From Lingula anatina (Eukaryota; Animalia; Brachiopoda), in assembly GCA_051362555.1 (NCBI GenBank), contig CM120645.1:930001-994000 (forward strand): 64,000 bases of DNA, written 5' to 3'. Of the stretch, positions 1 through 14,614 are shown one piece after another. Below the pieces are notes generated by a model, which made no database searches, was not told where the DNA came from, and saw only the letters and a program-made list of their open reading frames with translations. A program made the translations under genes and the position numbers. The first letter of the stretch is position 1. Each line of letters opens with the position of its first letter.

Positions 1-368
1 TAACAATGCACTGAACTTGCTGTAGAAACATAGGAAGTAAAAGAGTAAACTTCAGTGTTAGGAGACTTCCACGGATTAATGCAGTTAATTTGATGACCCA
101 AAAGGTTTTATAAATAAGGCTCTGCTTTCAGTCAAATTAGGTCATGAGTACTAGTACTAACTTTGTATGTAGAATCATTCCTTACTTGTAAATTCATTTG
201 CAGAAAAATAAGTTTAAGAAAATACAAAAAAAAAAAGAAAAAAAATACCTAAGATGATCATTGTGGTATAAATATCGTAAAAGAAAATTTGTTACTTGAA
301 AATTATGAAGTCTAATAATTACAAGTTTCATAGTCTATCTTAGCAGGTTGGAAGATAGGGATGTCTAA

Positions 369-593
369 GACCCCATTTCCATAGATTTTAGATCGATCTA
401 CCCCTGTGGGGAGTCTCACTAGATTACTGTCAGCTTAGCCGGCTTAAGCGTCTGTCCCGCCTACTGAAACATGTAAGGGGGTAATTAACTATGGTGCGTG
501 CTCGGCTGACTGCAATTTAGCTTGAACCCCCAGGGAGTTAGGTCGATCTAAATCTTAATCTTTAGATCGATGTAAATCTCTGGGAAAACACCC
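369..593. mobile_element. Palindromic MITE, Tourist/PIF-Harbinger-like, copy 1
   Basis: Flanked by TAA on both sides, with imperfect terminal and internal inverted repeats (tagatcgatcta). Clearly similar to 24916-25130. Confidence 0.65.
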
Positions 594-1424
594 TAACTGT
601 TAAGAGACCAGGTTATTAGTAGCATGGGCTCTGGGTGGTGTAACAGACAGATAAGAATGTCTTTCTGTGGTGAGCTTATCATAATTAGATAAATATATAA
701 TACTGTTAAACATATATATATATATAACACAGTTAGCAGTAGGTGAGACAACAAAGGGATTAGATTGTCCTACTTTGGTGAGGCAATCAGATCACGCTGT
801 TTGTTGGGGTCATAAGTGGAAAGTTAAGCAGTTCCATCTTGAATGGAAATTGGCCTTTACAGCATGCAGTGACCTGTTCAGACAAATCTATTTTGGACTG
901 AAATTAAGCCTTACCTACTGGTATGTATTAGAAGACTAAGTTAATTTGATCCTGGTCTGAATTCATACATACAGCTCAAAGACAGAAAGCCTACTGGCAA
1001 TATATACTGTGTACTGAATAGTTTGTAGTTTTTTGTTTTTTAGTTCTTGGCAAGTGTCTGATTAGTTTTGATTTACAAATGTTAGAAAAACAAAGTCCAC
1101 ATAATGGTATTTGAATAGGTTTCAAACATGCGAAATTAGAAAGTATTATTTTGCAGCTGTTTGACCTTTTTCACAAATCTTGTTGTCTCAGGAGACTCTC
1201 CTGGTTGTATTTTGAATACAGCTGGTAGATTCAATAAAAGACCAAGGGAACAAAAGTGAATTAATCAATAATGAATTTTGCTTAGTAAAAAATTCCCAGA
1301 AGTCCCATTTTGTCCAGTTCTTTAGAACAGCAACACTAGCAGAATTTGAGACGCTTCTTATTTTTCAGATGCTTCTTTTTCACTAACTATAAATCTCATG
1401 AGTTTTTGCTGCTTTTAATTTCAG

Positions 1425-4400
1425 ATGCTTCCGCCACTCCTGGCACTGTGCATGTGTTGAAAACGGGGGCCGCCCCCTTACAAAGTGTCCCCACTGCTGT
1501 CCTTAAAGTAGACAAACCCAAAGGCAAATATCACGTTTTATTGTCATGCATGTTCTCTTCTTTTTATCTGGGCTTATTTTAACAAACTATCATCAGAGGA
1601 TGTGCTGAAAATCGGTTTTATTTGCTACTTAATAGATTTAGATTCTATTTGAAATTTTTGAATAGAAACAGCAAATTTTATATATTTTGTAAAATAACAA
1701 CATGGGGCAATGCAGAAATCTTTTTTTTTTTTAATTATTAACATGCAAGTTGGGCATAAAAATATCATATATTTATATATTGTTAAAAGAAATATACAAA
1801 GATGTACTTGCTCAGTGATGTTTAGCATTGGCCTGTGATTTTACCATAAAAAAAGGAAATGAAATGATATAAAAAAGATGAATTATTTAAATGACGATTA
1901 GTATAAATACTGAATTAAATGTCAAAATAAGCTCAGGTTTTGCATTTTAATACAAATAACCTCTAATTTCTTCCAGCTCTGCTGTCTGTTATTGATCTAC
2001 TACTAACTGCTGACATGAAGATAAAACCACACTAGTTCTACTCTGAAATGTCACAAAAAAAGAAAAAGAAACAAAAGCAAAAAATGCTGGTTTAGCTGTA
2101 TTGCTGAGATATAACACTTCATGTAAAAAGGTCTGTACTGGTGGTGTAATTTTAGACCAAAACTGGATGGGTTATCTTCATGTGTAAACATGCCTTCTGT
2201 TTTTCTTATCTTAAATTTATCTTTCTTTTCAGTTGCATATATACAGTTTGAATAAACACATCATTACACTTTTAGTTTATATTAGTTTTACTAAAAATAG
2301 AAATAAATCTTATGCAGCAAATCAGAATTATGCCAATATAATGCAGAATGTGAGGGTCAGCCTTTGCATGAGTCAGAAAGCTCTTTTTTGGCAGAATGAT
2401 CCTTATGACTAATTGAGTAATAGTCACAGTGACTGTTACAGTTGTAGTTTCTAGTATTGGGGAAACAGTTGGTGTTCTGTGGTTGGCTTCCCAAGTTGTT
2501 ATTAACAAATGATTTAATTTTTGCATGACTGAAGTTATACTATATAGCATTTTCATAGACACAACACAGATCAAAGGAATTGGAATTAAATTGATTTGGT
2601 ATTGATTTTTTTTTTTTTGTATTTATATTTTTCATAATTTATGCCTTTATCGTGTATCTTTGTTTTTTTTTTTCGCATGAATATTGGCATTTAAATATTG
2701 CTGATAAAAAGTATTCATGAGATATTTAGTATTTGGCAAATGTTTGTGGAAATCTATTAAATTTTTACAATCTCATGTGTTCATTATTTTCAAAAAATGA
2801 AAGGTACGGTTGTCATAGGTACTGATGTGTTAGTATGTAATTTTTTAAACAAAACTTGTAAAATTTTACTCCTCATAAACTAAATTAAACATTATCATGA
2901 GTTATTCACCCCTAGGCTGTTGCTGACTTCTGTTTTTACAAAATGCTCAAAATAATATAAATTTAATTTGGCTGACAAAAAAAACTTATATATCAGTTTG
3001 TAAGTGGTTTGTAAAGCATCACATCACTAAAATATATGACTTAGGTCGCATTCAGATGATCCAAGGAGTAAATATGACTGATCCCACTTAAAAGCAAGCC
3101 ACCTAATCCACTGTTGGTCTATCCACCTCCACATGCGCCATTTAACCAATTAAATCTCAGCCTCAAGTTTCAATTGCTGGGCCCCTGCAGCAACAGCATG
3201 TGTGGAGGCGGGGACACCATTAGGAGATTAGTCTGCATTGCTTATAAATGGGTCGGCCATATTTGATCTCCAGATCTGTTAGTCCTTGGATGAACTTGCT
3301 CTGGATGCTCTCTTGGTTGTGTACTGTGTGTTAAGCGTATTGTCTCCCCCATTCAGAGGGTCCCAAATCTACCCCTGCCCCCAAGGCCAGACCACCAGAG
3401 GAACCGGCCAAACTGGAGCACCATGATAATGCTCCTAAGAAAGGTAGTATCCTATGTTAATGATATATGATATAATACTCACCATGGTTTTTATACTTTG
3501 ACTGCATGATGGTATCTTTGCTGGAGGTGCTTCTGTGAAAATACAAATATTTCCTTTTAGAGTATAATATATTTTAGCCTGGTGCCAAATTGGAACCCTT
3601 CAGAATTATTTATTTTCAATTACAAATTTTGAAATAGAAAATGGGAGACGTGTTTGTCTGCCGTTAAGTAACAGGCGAAGAATTCTTCATCATCATCCTC
3701 ACCTTCTAACCCCTCACTGCATGTACAAACACACACATGCACACACGCACGCACATGTTTTATGTAGGTCCAGACATTGTTCTTGTTTATCTTGGACAAT
3801 ACATGGAAACATTTTTTAAATTTGGCATTGAAATGCAGCTGTAGCTTACCAGTTACAAAGAAGTCATGTTAAAGTTGTGATAATTAACTAATTAAAGGCA
3901 GTCATTGTTTTGTCTGGTGCTCTAACAGTTTATAGCCTGAGTTCAATTTAGTGGTAGATGATAAGATGTCTAGAAAGTGTTTGCTGTTGCTTGTTTTAGT
4001 GATGAATTTTCTTCTTTAACTTTCTGTTTCAAGTTAATTGTACAGATGTTTCCTTGTCTGATTTTCTAAGATAATTCTTTGATGATAGTATTACCTCCCC
4101 CCCCCCTCAAAAAAAAAAAAAAAAAAAAAAAAGAATAAATAAATAAATAAAAAAGTATCCCAAGTTCTGGGAGCTAACCAGTGGAGATATTGTGAAAGGG
4201 AGTATACACTGTGTAGTATAAAAATGAACTGATACAGATCATATAATATCATGGAATATGAAGAGTGCCTCTGATAAACAGGTAGATAGATTTTGTATAG
4301 TAAAGGAGTTACATGTATGCATATTGTTTAGGGGCATCCTTCTTTTCTCTGTGGCAAACTAAATTAATGTAAAACTATTTTTTATATATAATAGTACCAT

Positions 4401-7400
4401 TATGATGCTCTCACAGCCGAAGAATTCTTATTACGTATGACTTCTAATGGAAGCCTTTAAATGTGATACAGTTCTGTTATATTATTATACAGGTGTTGGT
4501 GAGCAGCAGTGGTGTTTATTTGATTTAAGATGTTTTTATTGGCTGCCATATTGAATTTTGCCAATTGAATGTGTTTCTAAGGATTTCAACTTGGCATCAA
4601 GCTGTTATATTGTCAGTGATTTAATTTCTAAGAAACTATCTTCAGTATCTGTATTTTCACAAGGCAATTGAGCAATTTTCACCAAACTTTTAAACCTTAT
4701 TTAACATTTCTGCTTAGCATTTTGTACTGTCATCTGCTTTGTGCTACTAACATGTGTGTCTTCTTGCACTTAGCCCTGCTGTTTGTGAAGAAATTTATAT
4801 CACCTATCCTTTCCCATCATCACATAAAATCAGACATCCAATATTTTTAATTGTCAGTTTGATAACTATATTCCATATTTTTCATATATAGACATATTGT
4901 TTTACAGCTGGCGTTTTAAAATACTTCTAGAATTGGCTGGCAGTGCAATGACATTGTTTTCATTATATTTGTTTAACCTTAATTGTTTAATGTCCTTAAA
5001 TATCATTTAATAAACAATGTTTGTTTTTGACTTTCTTCATTTATTATAAATTGTAATACTAAATAGATGCACTTTACACTCCATGTCTCCTAAGAGCTAA
5101 CAACACTCATGTATTCCATGTCTAACACCAGTTCTGTACTAAAGCTTTAACAATAGATGCACTTATCCCACAGCAGGCTCTTCCAACAGTAGGATAACAG
5201 CCCTTATATTTTGATTGCAAGGTGTATGTATGTCTGTATATCAATATTCTTCAGTCAGTTACAAGTGAAATAGAAGTAGAGTTATCCTACATTGTTCAAA
5301 AGACCAGTAGTGGGATAAGTCAGTATAGTTACAAGCACCCATCGCCATCTTTATGCAATAAACAAGAGCGTAATAGTCGAGGTGTCGGCACAAATTGCAT
5401 AAAATGGACGAATTGTGCTGTAACTAGCACTAACTATTACATATAGAAATGCTCATTCTTTATTATTCCTCTTTTGTGTCCTGCATTTTCAACAGATTGA
5501 ATTTGACAAAAGGAGGGAAGGGTACATTTGTTTGAGATAAGAGAAATAAGTTCAAAAGTGGTACAGGGTTCCCAGTTTCAATGTTTGCTGGAAACTGACC
5601 TATGTTACCAGCGACCTCTGCCCTTTCCAATAACCTTTACTCTTGCAAGTGACCTCTGCCCTTGCCAGTGACCCTTGTCCTTTCCAGTGACCTCTGCCCT
5701 TTCCAGTGACCCTTGTCCTTTCCAGTGACCTCTGAAACTCAGAGTTGTCAGGGAGTCCATTTTAAAAGTGGGAACTGTCTTTTCCTTTGGTTTTTAAGGA
5801 GAGAAAGCCCTTGCTTTGTCACTATATTAAATTTGATTGTATCACCTAGCCTGTATGTGACCTGTGTCCTCTGCATGACCTTTGACATGACCTTTGACAT
5901 GTGCACAACCATCATATGATTTGACTTTATTTTACAAAATTCGTACAGACTAAATATTGCATGCTTTATATTTCATTTGTTTACAACACGTTTTAATAAT
6001 AGCCATGCATGTACCTCTATGCCATTTATATAGTTATATGCGTTATATTTTTTATACTTGTAACATGCCACTTAATTTGATGTTAACTTCATTTTTTGAT
6101 TAAACTGCGACACATGTAAAAAACTGTGAAGTTGTTTAGAATTGCTTAATAATTTATTGTGATTCCTTTTGTGAAAGAAAATTTTAATATATTTTTTCTG
6201 TGTATTGTTTATTACTTGATGTCATGTAAGAACCAAAGCATGTATCTTATGACGTAGAGTACAGCAATTGCCAGAGGTGATTCACTTTCTGAGTCCACCT
6301 ATCGTTTTTCACATATTTTTATGTACAGACACAGATGTGTCTGTACATATAGCCATCATCTGCGTCTGTCGTCGCCGTCGCCGTCGTCGCTGTCGTTGCC
6401 GTCGTCGCCGTGCACTTTTACCGATAACACGATAAGTGGAAAACCATTTTACCTTTTGACTTGAAACTTACAGAATTGATGAATATTCATAATACGCAGG
6501 TCAAGTTCGAAAATCAGCATGATAGGGTCATTATTAGGGAATTTATGCTGTTTTTGCACTTTTTTCAGCATATATGCAGCACCGATAACACGATAAGTGG
6601 AAAACCATTTTACCTTTTGACTTGCAACTTGCAGAACTGATGAATGTTCATAATACGCAGGTCAAGTTCGAAAATCAGCATGATCGGGTCACTTTTAGGG
6701 AATTTATGCAGTTTTTTCACTTTTTTCAGCATATATGCAGCACCGATAACATGATAAGTGGAAAACCATTTTACCTTTTGGCTTGAAACTTACAGATCTG
6801 ATGAATATTCATAATACGCAGGTTAAGTTTGAAAATCAGCTTGATCGGGCCATTTTTATGGAAGTTATGCTATTTTTTCATTTTTTTAGCATATATGCAG
6901 CACCGATAACATGATAAGTGAAAAACTGTTTTACCTTTTGGCTTGAAACTTACAGAACTGATGAATATTCATATTACATAGGCAAAGTTTGAAAATCAGC
7001 GTGATCGGACCAATTTTATGGAAGTTATGCTGTTTTTTTCACTTTTTTCAGCATGTATGCAATACCGCTAACGCATTTCAAGAAAAATCAATTGGCCAAT
7101 TGTCTTGAAATTTACAGGGGAGATCAGTCTTACTGAAATACAGATGGAGTTTGAAAATGGTTTAGTTTTGGAGAAGTTGTGCCTTTTTTTGTATATAAGT
7201 GGGTTTTTTTTCCTTTGATTTAATTCTTAGGCATGTTAACAATCTTCTCTGTGAACTAATTAAATATGTAAAGGTGTTCTTTTGACATTTTCTGCATCTT
7301 AACAATATTGTTAGTTGATTATATAAAAAAGATGGTTAATCTGTTATTGTGTATTATGTAACAAAGTGTCAAAAATGGAAATAATAATAAACTCATATCT

Positions 7401-10400
7401 TTACAGTTTGTCAGATTCAATCATTCACCATGTTCAGAATCTCAGAATGGAGCAAAATGGACATTTAAAATTGTTCTATTGATATTTTTCCTATGTCAGC
7501 AATTTTCTTAGTTGTTCATTTAAAAATGACAGTAAATTGATTATTTTGTTGTATGAAAAAAAGATGTTGAAAATGGAAAGAAAATCAATTCAATACAGTT
7601 ATCTTTTGTTTACATTTTAGCATTTTGAAAGTGTGACTCTGAACTTCCATGGCCTTGAAGACATTTCCATGTCACATTTTCTGTAAATCCATGATACTTT
7701 TATTTTATTATTAAAAATTGATGGTCATTATGTTATATTGCATAAAAGTTGAAGAAAACCTTAATTTTGGAAATGGCTGCCGGAATGACCATCAAGGAAA
7801 AACCATGTTACTTATGATACTCAAACTGAAAAGTTTCGTAAGACTGATGTGCAGTTTGTGTTGGAAAATCAGTGTGATTGTTTTCTGTTTTGGAAGCAAT
7901 GTAGCTCTATAGAGTGCTATATGGGGCTACTGCGTATGGATGGTGGTAATTGCCCCTTGGGGTAGTCACAAGCTAAATTCAGAGCTATAAAATCATTTGC
8001 CTAATTGATTTCCAAGTGCCCATTAAATAAGATTACCTAAAACACACGCTGAGACTTCCCAGTAAAGTCCCATAGGTTAAGCTCTCTTAACTGTGTCACA
8101 TAATTAGGAGTCTATTATAGTTATGCAGGTAAATGTTGTTTAATATTGCAAATAAGTTAACAAAACAAAACAAAAAAAATAGATGAATAACAGTGTCTTA
8201 TTATCCTCAAACACATTGGGGTTATTCATATCATGTTATTACAGCAACATTAAAAGTTTGAATAGCAGCTTTAATGGGATATTTTTGTGTTTTCTTTTTA
8301 ATTTTTTTTTTTAAACACTGGCATTTTCAGCTCCCATCCACCTGAAGCTCTTCACATTTTCTGTATTTCCACATAAGCAGTTGCATTGGTTTTTATGTCT
8401 TTAAACATTATGTAATATTATTTTATGCACTGTCATCATTATTTAGATATTGGGATTTTCATTATGTGAATTTGGTCCTGAAACTGTAATCTTATTGCAG
8501 GGGTGGATTGAGGCCATCTTCTGGGTCTTTCAGATTTTAAAGTTCACATTGATGGGTATCTCTTTTTTCTGTTGGAAGACCATCAAAAATGTAGGATGGA
8601 TCAACAAAGATAATTTAGAATACTGTCAGAAAATATCTCTGGATCAGCTCCTGTTATTGACGATGTCACCTGTTGTGCATGATTAAATTTCAGTGTTGAT
8701 TGACAGTGCTATTGTAGGCATCAAAATTGACAAAATGAACCATTTTCTGCATTTTTATTTTGTGTTTTTGTCTGTACATTTGACAGCTTTGCTGCCTTGT
8801 TAACTAATTGCTGCCCTCATACATTCCAAATTTTGCATTAAAAACCATCTCACACTAGGCAGATATAAAATCAAGGCATGTGCGCTCTTGGTTCTAGAAT
8901 TGAAGTTGGTCTCCAAGTGCCACTTACGGACCCCCTGCGAGGCTGGAAAGTTCTCGTTTTACATCGGGTCAGGCCACGGGAAGGAAGACAGCGGGGAGCA
9001 GCCAGTGATCTGTATCGAGGATAATTTGTGAGTATTTTTTACCCCGTTTGATTCGAGTGATTATTATAATTTTTTTTTCATTAATATGGAGACTTGAGTT
9101 AAATAACTTTTTCTTGATGGATTGTTCACAATAGAATAATAATATTAATAATGAAATAGCAACTGAATAAATAAACTTGATGAAATAAGAATTTTTGAAA
9201 GATTATTTATATATGAATCATACTTATTATTAATAATTGTGTCAATATTCTACAAAGGTTGGCACACTGGAAAACCATTTTGTAAAAATTATTTTTCATA
9301 ACCACTGTCAATATGTCCTCTTGACTTCAGTGTCATTAACAGAGAGAATAAGAAGGGGACGCGTGGCTTGACAGTGGTGGTGGTGGACAGTAAGTAGGAG
9401 GAGATATTAGGAGGCAGAGATCCCCTTTTTCCCTCTTTCCACCCTTTAAATGTAAAGAGTTAGATAAAATAACAAAGTGGTTATACATTCAGGAATTGCT
9501 TTGTTTTTCATCTTTCTGTCTTCTGTCTGTCCATCTTTGTACCTGTCGTGGTATCGACATTTGGTTTTTGTAATCTGTTTCGTAACATCAGCTTTTTTTT
9601 TTTTCAATTTCAAAATAGTGCTGCCAGGAGATACTTTGAACTGTTATATTGAACCAAGTAATGGCTTGTCCAGTTTTTCAAAAAAAAAAATATATTTTTT
9701 TTTTTGAGTTGATTAGTCTCTTACTGTCAAAGTAAGCATCTATGATTTTATTGTAAACTGACAATGTGTTTTCTCCATATTTTAGATAAGACAGGGAAAG
9801 TTCTGGAAGATAAGGTTTTTGACACTTACTCTGATGGTATGTATCCCAATTCTTAATATATCCCATTTCTTAATATTTAAGTGTTTTATTTATTTATTTA
9901 TTTATTTGTTTATTTTAATACACTGTATATCAAATAACTGAACAGACTTTTTGCTACTATTTATTTGTTTGTTTGATTATTTATTAATGATACATAGAAG
10001 CATAGATTATACTATTCACCAAAATCTCTCAGAATGTAGCAGAACCATTTGTTATCCCAAAAATGAATTATTTGTCTGATCAGAAGTGATTACCCATTCT
10101 CATTTGTTGTTTTTCCACCAATCAGATGCCCCACTGGTCCGTTTCCTAAAGTACGATGTTCCTGATGATGCTTTCATCCTGGTGGCAAGCTACGATGACG
10201 CCTCAACTAGGTGAGTTTTATGACCTAATTTTCAAATTTATGGACTTGATCTTGAACAATTGAAAAGGTTAGGAAAAAAGTGAAAGAAAGTAGCTATATG
10301 GTGAATAAAGGGATAGATAGATATTACTAATATGAGTCTGCACTTTTTTAATAATTATAACTTAATATCTTTTTATCTTTTGGTGTATTCAGATGATATT

Positions 10401-13400
10401 TCAATTTTTTTCAAACCTATAACTGAAATGAAAATAATGGGATTCCACATGCAAATGGTGTGAAATTTTATCATTATGAAAATTATTTTCTTTCTCTTTA
10501 AAAGACTGAAAGATGAATCTCGGTTTCTGCTGAAGAAGTACGGCAGTCAGCACATAGACAAGTTGAGCTTCAGAGACAGCTTTGCGATGTTGGGCCAGAA
10601 GGGTCTGGAGACGGGAAAGGCTGTAGAGAAGGTTTGTCAGAATATTAATAATAATTATAATAATAATAAATGATAAAAGCAGTAGTAGTGTGCAGGTCTA
10701 CACCAGGGAAACTAATCCTTATCATGAATTTATTAAATAATGTTGGTGCACAATTTAAAAAGCAATTATTATTCAGCTGTTCAATACATCTTTTGTTATA
10801 AGACTAAATCCTGAAAGATGTATGGATGAGATGAGTAGCTGCATTTGTGTTTGTTGATGTTCTTCATATTATTATGTAGATTATGTATATTATGTATTAA
10901 TACATCTCAGGTAGTAAACAGAGGAGGTGGAGAGAATTTTACTATATATAGATCATATAGATTATGTATATTATGTATTAATACATCTCAGGTAGTAAAC
11001 AGAGGAGGTGGAGAGAATTTTACTATATATAGATCATATAGATTATGTATATTATGTATTAATACATCTCAGGTAGTAAACAGAGGAGGTGGAGAGGATT
11101 TTACTATATATAGATCATATAGATTATGTATATTATGTATTAATACATCTCAGGTAGTAAACAGAGGAGGTGGAGAGGATTTTACTATATATAGATCATA
11201 TAGATTATGTATATTATGTATTATGTATTAATACATAATATAGATCATATAGATTATGTATATTATGTATTAATACATCTCAGGTAGTAAACAGAGGAGG
11301 TGGAGAGAATTTTACTATATATAGATCATATAGATTATGTATATTATGTATTAATACATCTCAGGTAGTGAACAGAGGAGGTGGAGAGGATTTTACTATA
11401 TATAGATCATATAGATTATGTATATTATGTATTAATACATCTCAGGTAGTAAACAGAGGAGGTGGAAAGAATTTTACTATATATAGATCATATAGATTAT
11501 GTATATTATGTATTAATACATCTCAGGTAGTGAACAGAGGAGGTGGAGAGGATTTTACTATATATAGATCATATAGATTATGTATTAATACATCTCAGGT
11601 AGTGAACAGAGGAGGTGGAGAGGATTTTACTATATATAGATCATATAGATTATGTATTAATACATCTCAGGTAGTGAACAGAGGAGGTGGAGAGGATTTT
11701 ACTATATATAGATCATATAGATTATGTATATTATGTATTAATACATCTCAGGTGGTGAACAGAGGAGGTGGAGAGGATTTTGCCAAGGTGGCAGAAGTCG
11801 GAGGATGTTTCACTTCACCAAGTAAGTCATTTGCACCGAGATCTCCCTGGTTTATGAATATATTGGGGAAATTATTAGAATAATGCATTTTTACCAGTAT
11901 GGTGAACATGGACAATTGCTGCAGTTATTTTTAGTCACTACAAATATACGTTTTAAACAACTTCTTGTTGAGATATCTAATAGCCTTGTTATGATTTTTT
12001 TTTTTTTTTTGTTTTCAAAAGAAAATAATAATAATAAAATAAATAAATAAAAAAAATAATAATTATAATAATAATAGTAAAAAGAAAAATAAATGTCTAA
12101 ATTCAAGAGTGAAATAGTCATTCTTTAATTTGAACTTTTTATATTAGAAAAAAAAAGTATCCCAGTCATAACTAATTTAAATTAAAGACAAGTAAGCAGT
12201 GGTAACATATATCTTCCAGTGGGGTCCATCTCCAAGCTGGAATTTAAGAAGCCATATTTCCTGAACAACGGGACTATTCAGGTGGCAGAGGAGGTGGAGA
12301 ACTGCGGCCTGGAGAAGGCATGTCCTGAAGACCATATTGCAATCCACGCGTACACAGGGTACCAGAATAAAGTGGGACCCAAAATATGTGTGAATGGCAA
12401 ATAGTAAGTGTCTAAGTGTAAAGATTTTATTAAAAATTTAAGTTGGACCCAGGAATTGTGTATAATAAATGTATAATATCAAATCAATCTGGTATAAATC
12501 ATAGTCGTTCATTTTTGTGAGTAAGATATTTTTCCCAGTGGCTTAATATTCTGATATTGGCATTTTTTGATATAGAACCAGCACCTAGTGACACCTGGTG
12601 GCCTTTTTTTTTTCTTTTTTTTTTTTTTTTTTTTTTTGCAAGATGGCCATCAAAAGCATATTTTAGGCATAGAATAATTTCCCAAATGTGATTTTAATTC
12701 TTCCATTGTATTTCTCCAGTATTGTGTACCCTGGTTACAATGACAATGGACGTGGGTTTAACTTGGTTGCCATCAACCCCAAGACTAAGGATGCCTATAG
12801 AGTAGGCCACTTTGACACTTATGCTGAAGGTAAAGTCTGGAATAGATCAGGGTTTTCACAGTTATACTAACAGCATGAATTTTAATAGAAATATTATACA
12901 TTATCAATATTATCTTTTAAGATATTGGCACTGTAGATATATTCAGCGATGAGATTTTTCTGACTAATGGCAGATTTCTGACTTTTTGGGGGCCAAAAAT
13001 ATCATTGACCTCATCGGCCCCCTGGACCCTGTGCCATGTTTTCTGACTTTTTCACAAAATAATTGGAATATGAAAGAAAAGAATAATATAAAAATGTAAT
13101 AAGTTTTTTAAATGGGTGGTTTCAAGGCAGTTGTTATTGGATTTCAGACAGCAGTACACTGGAGATCTTCTTAGAGATGATGAAGGATGATGATATTCTG
13201 GTGGCCGTCACTTTTGATGATGCTTCAACTAAGTGAGTGGCCAAGTAGGCTAAAGAAAGCTAACTTTAGATCACCCTTGCTTGTTTATTTTTTTTTGTCC
13301 TATCATATTTTGGTTTGGAGTCAATACAAAAGTGATAAATTGGTTTAAGACCTTGAAAATTTTGAATCTTGTGATAATTTTTATTATTTGATCTCAGCTT

Positions 13401-13850
13401 TTATTGAAACCGGTAGATATTCACACAGAGAGCATGATATTTTGTCTAAATCATGTGAAGTTTTGTTAATTTTGTAAAGCTTTATGAATCATATTTGTAA
13501 GATATGTGCTTTTGTTAAATATGCTATATATATTTTATGTTTGCTTCTTAGAACCTGCATAGTGCAATTGTTAACTCATTGACAACGGATTGAAAAAAAA
13601 GTAGTCATTATATAATAACAAGATAGTGCAGATAAAATACATAAGCAATAACTTAAGTCTTGACGGGAGCTGAAAATATAGTTGTGCATCCAGGCGATGG
13701 TGTGATGCTTATGTTGTTTTGTTTGTACCCCCTCCCCCTCCCCCATCCCCTCCCCCTCCCCCCCCCCACCCCCTCCTCCTCCTCCTCCATCTCCCCTATT
13801 GATGTGTGGTATATTATTTTTCTTCAAAAGCTCCATGTTCACACATACTT

Positions 13851-13888
<38 letters not shown>

Positions 13889-14582
13889 TATTTTCATTTG
13901 CATATTTTAATTACTATTATTTATTTATTTATTTTATATAAACCCGCACAATTTCATCTCTTCCCCACAAACAGTAAATTTCTAGGCCAGCCAGTGACAG
14001 GCTGTCTTTAATCATGTTAAAATTAAATAAATTAAAGCAGACCCCTTACAAGGTTTATTTATGGCTTTTCATTATTTAATAGTTAAACATTCCAGTCAAA
14101 TTATCTTATTTTTCACTATATATCTTCTAGAAATTATCCTCAATAAACAGTTTTAGCAATTTGTGCAGGTGACATTAGGTTGAACTCCAACATTTTATCA
14201 GTTTATTTATTTGTTTATTATTTTTTTCTCCCCATGGTTTAGTTTGAAGTTGCTAGCCAAGAAGATACTCCAAGAAATGGGCAGCAGTTTAGTTGACACA
14301 CTGGGGCTTCGTGATGCTTATTTCTTTATAGGGCAAAAAAGCATCTCAGGGGGCAAGTCTGAACACGAACAGGTGCTTTGATAAGTGATGGTGCAGTGAT
14401 GTGCTTCTCTCTGTGTGAAATGAGGTGTCCTTTGTCTTCTTTGTCTGAAGGTTTTTAAGCTTGTTTGTGAGTTTGTTTGGAAGTATTATCTAAATTGCGA
14501 GAAGAGGGGTCTTTTGAGCTGTTTGAGAAATGTTTGTTTCCATTTGTGATTAGATAAATGTGTGTTTGCATGTTTCTACAAG

Positions 14583-14614
<32 letters not shown>

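Noticed and set aside
10845-11883. Repetitive ORFs or CRISPR-like appearance
   Set aside because: Units are contiguous near-identical tandem repeats without unique spacers, no cas genes are present and the context is eukaryotic. The ORFs arise because unit lengths are multiples of 3.
13576-14011. ORFs with CVCV/HTHT/poly-G or poly-P runs
   Set aside because: Translations of microsatellites and C-rich tracts.
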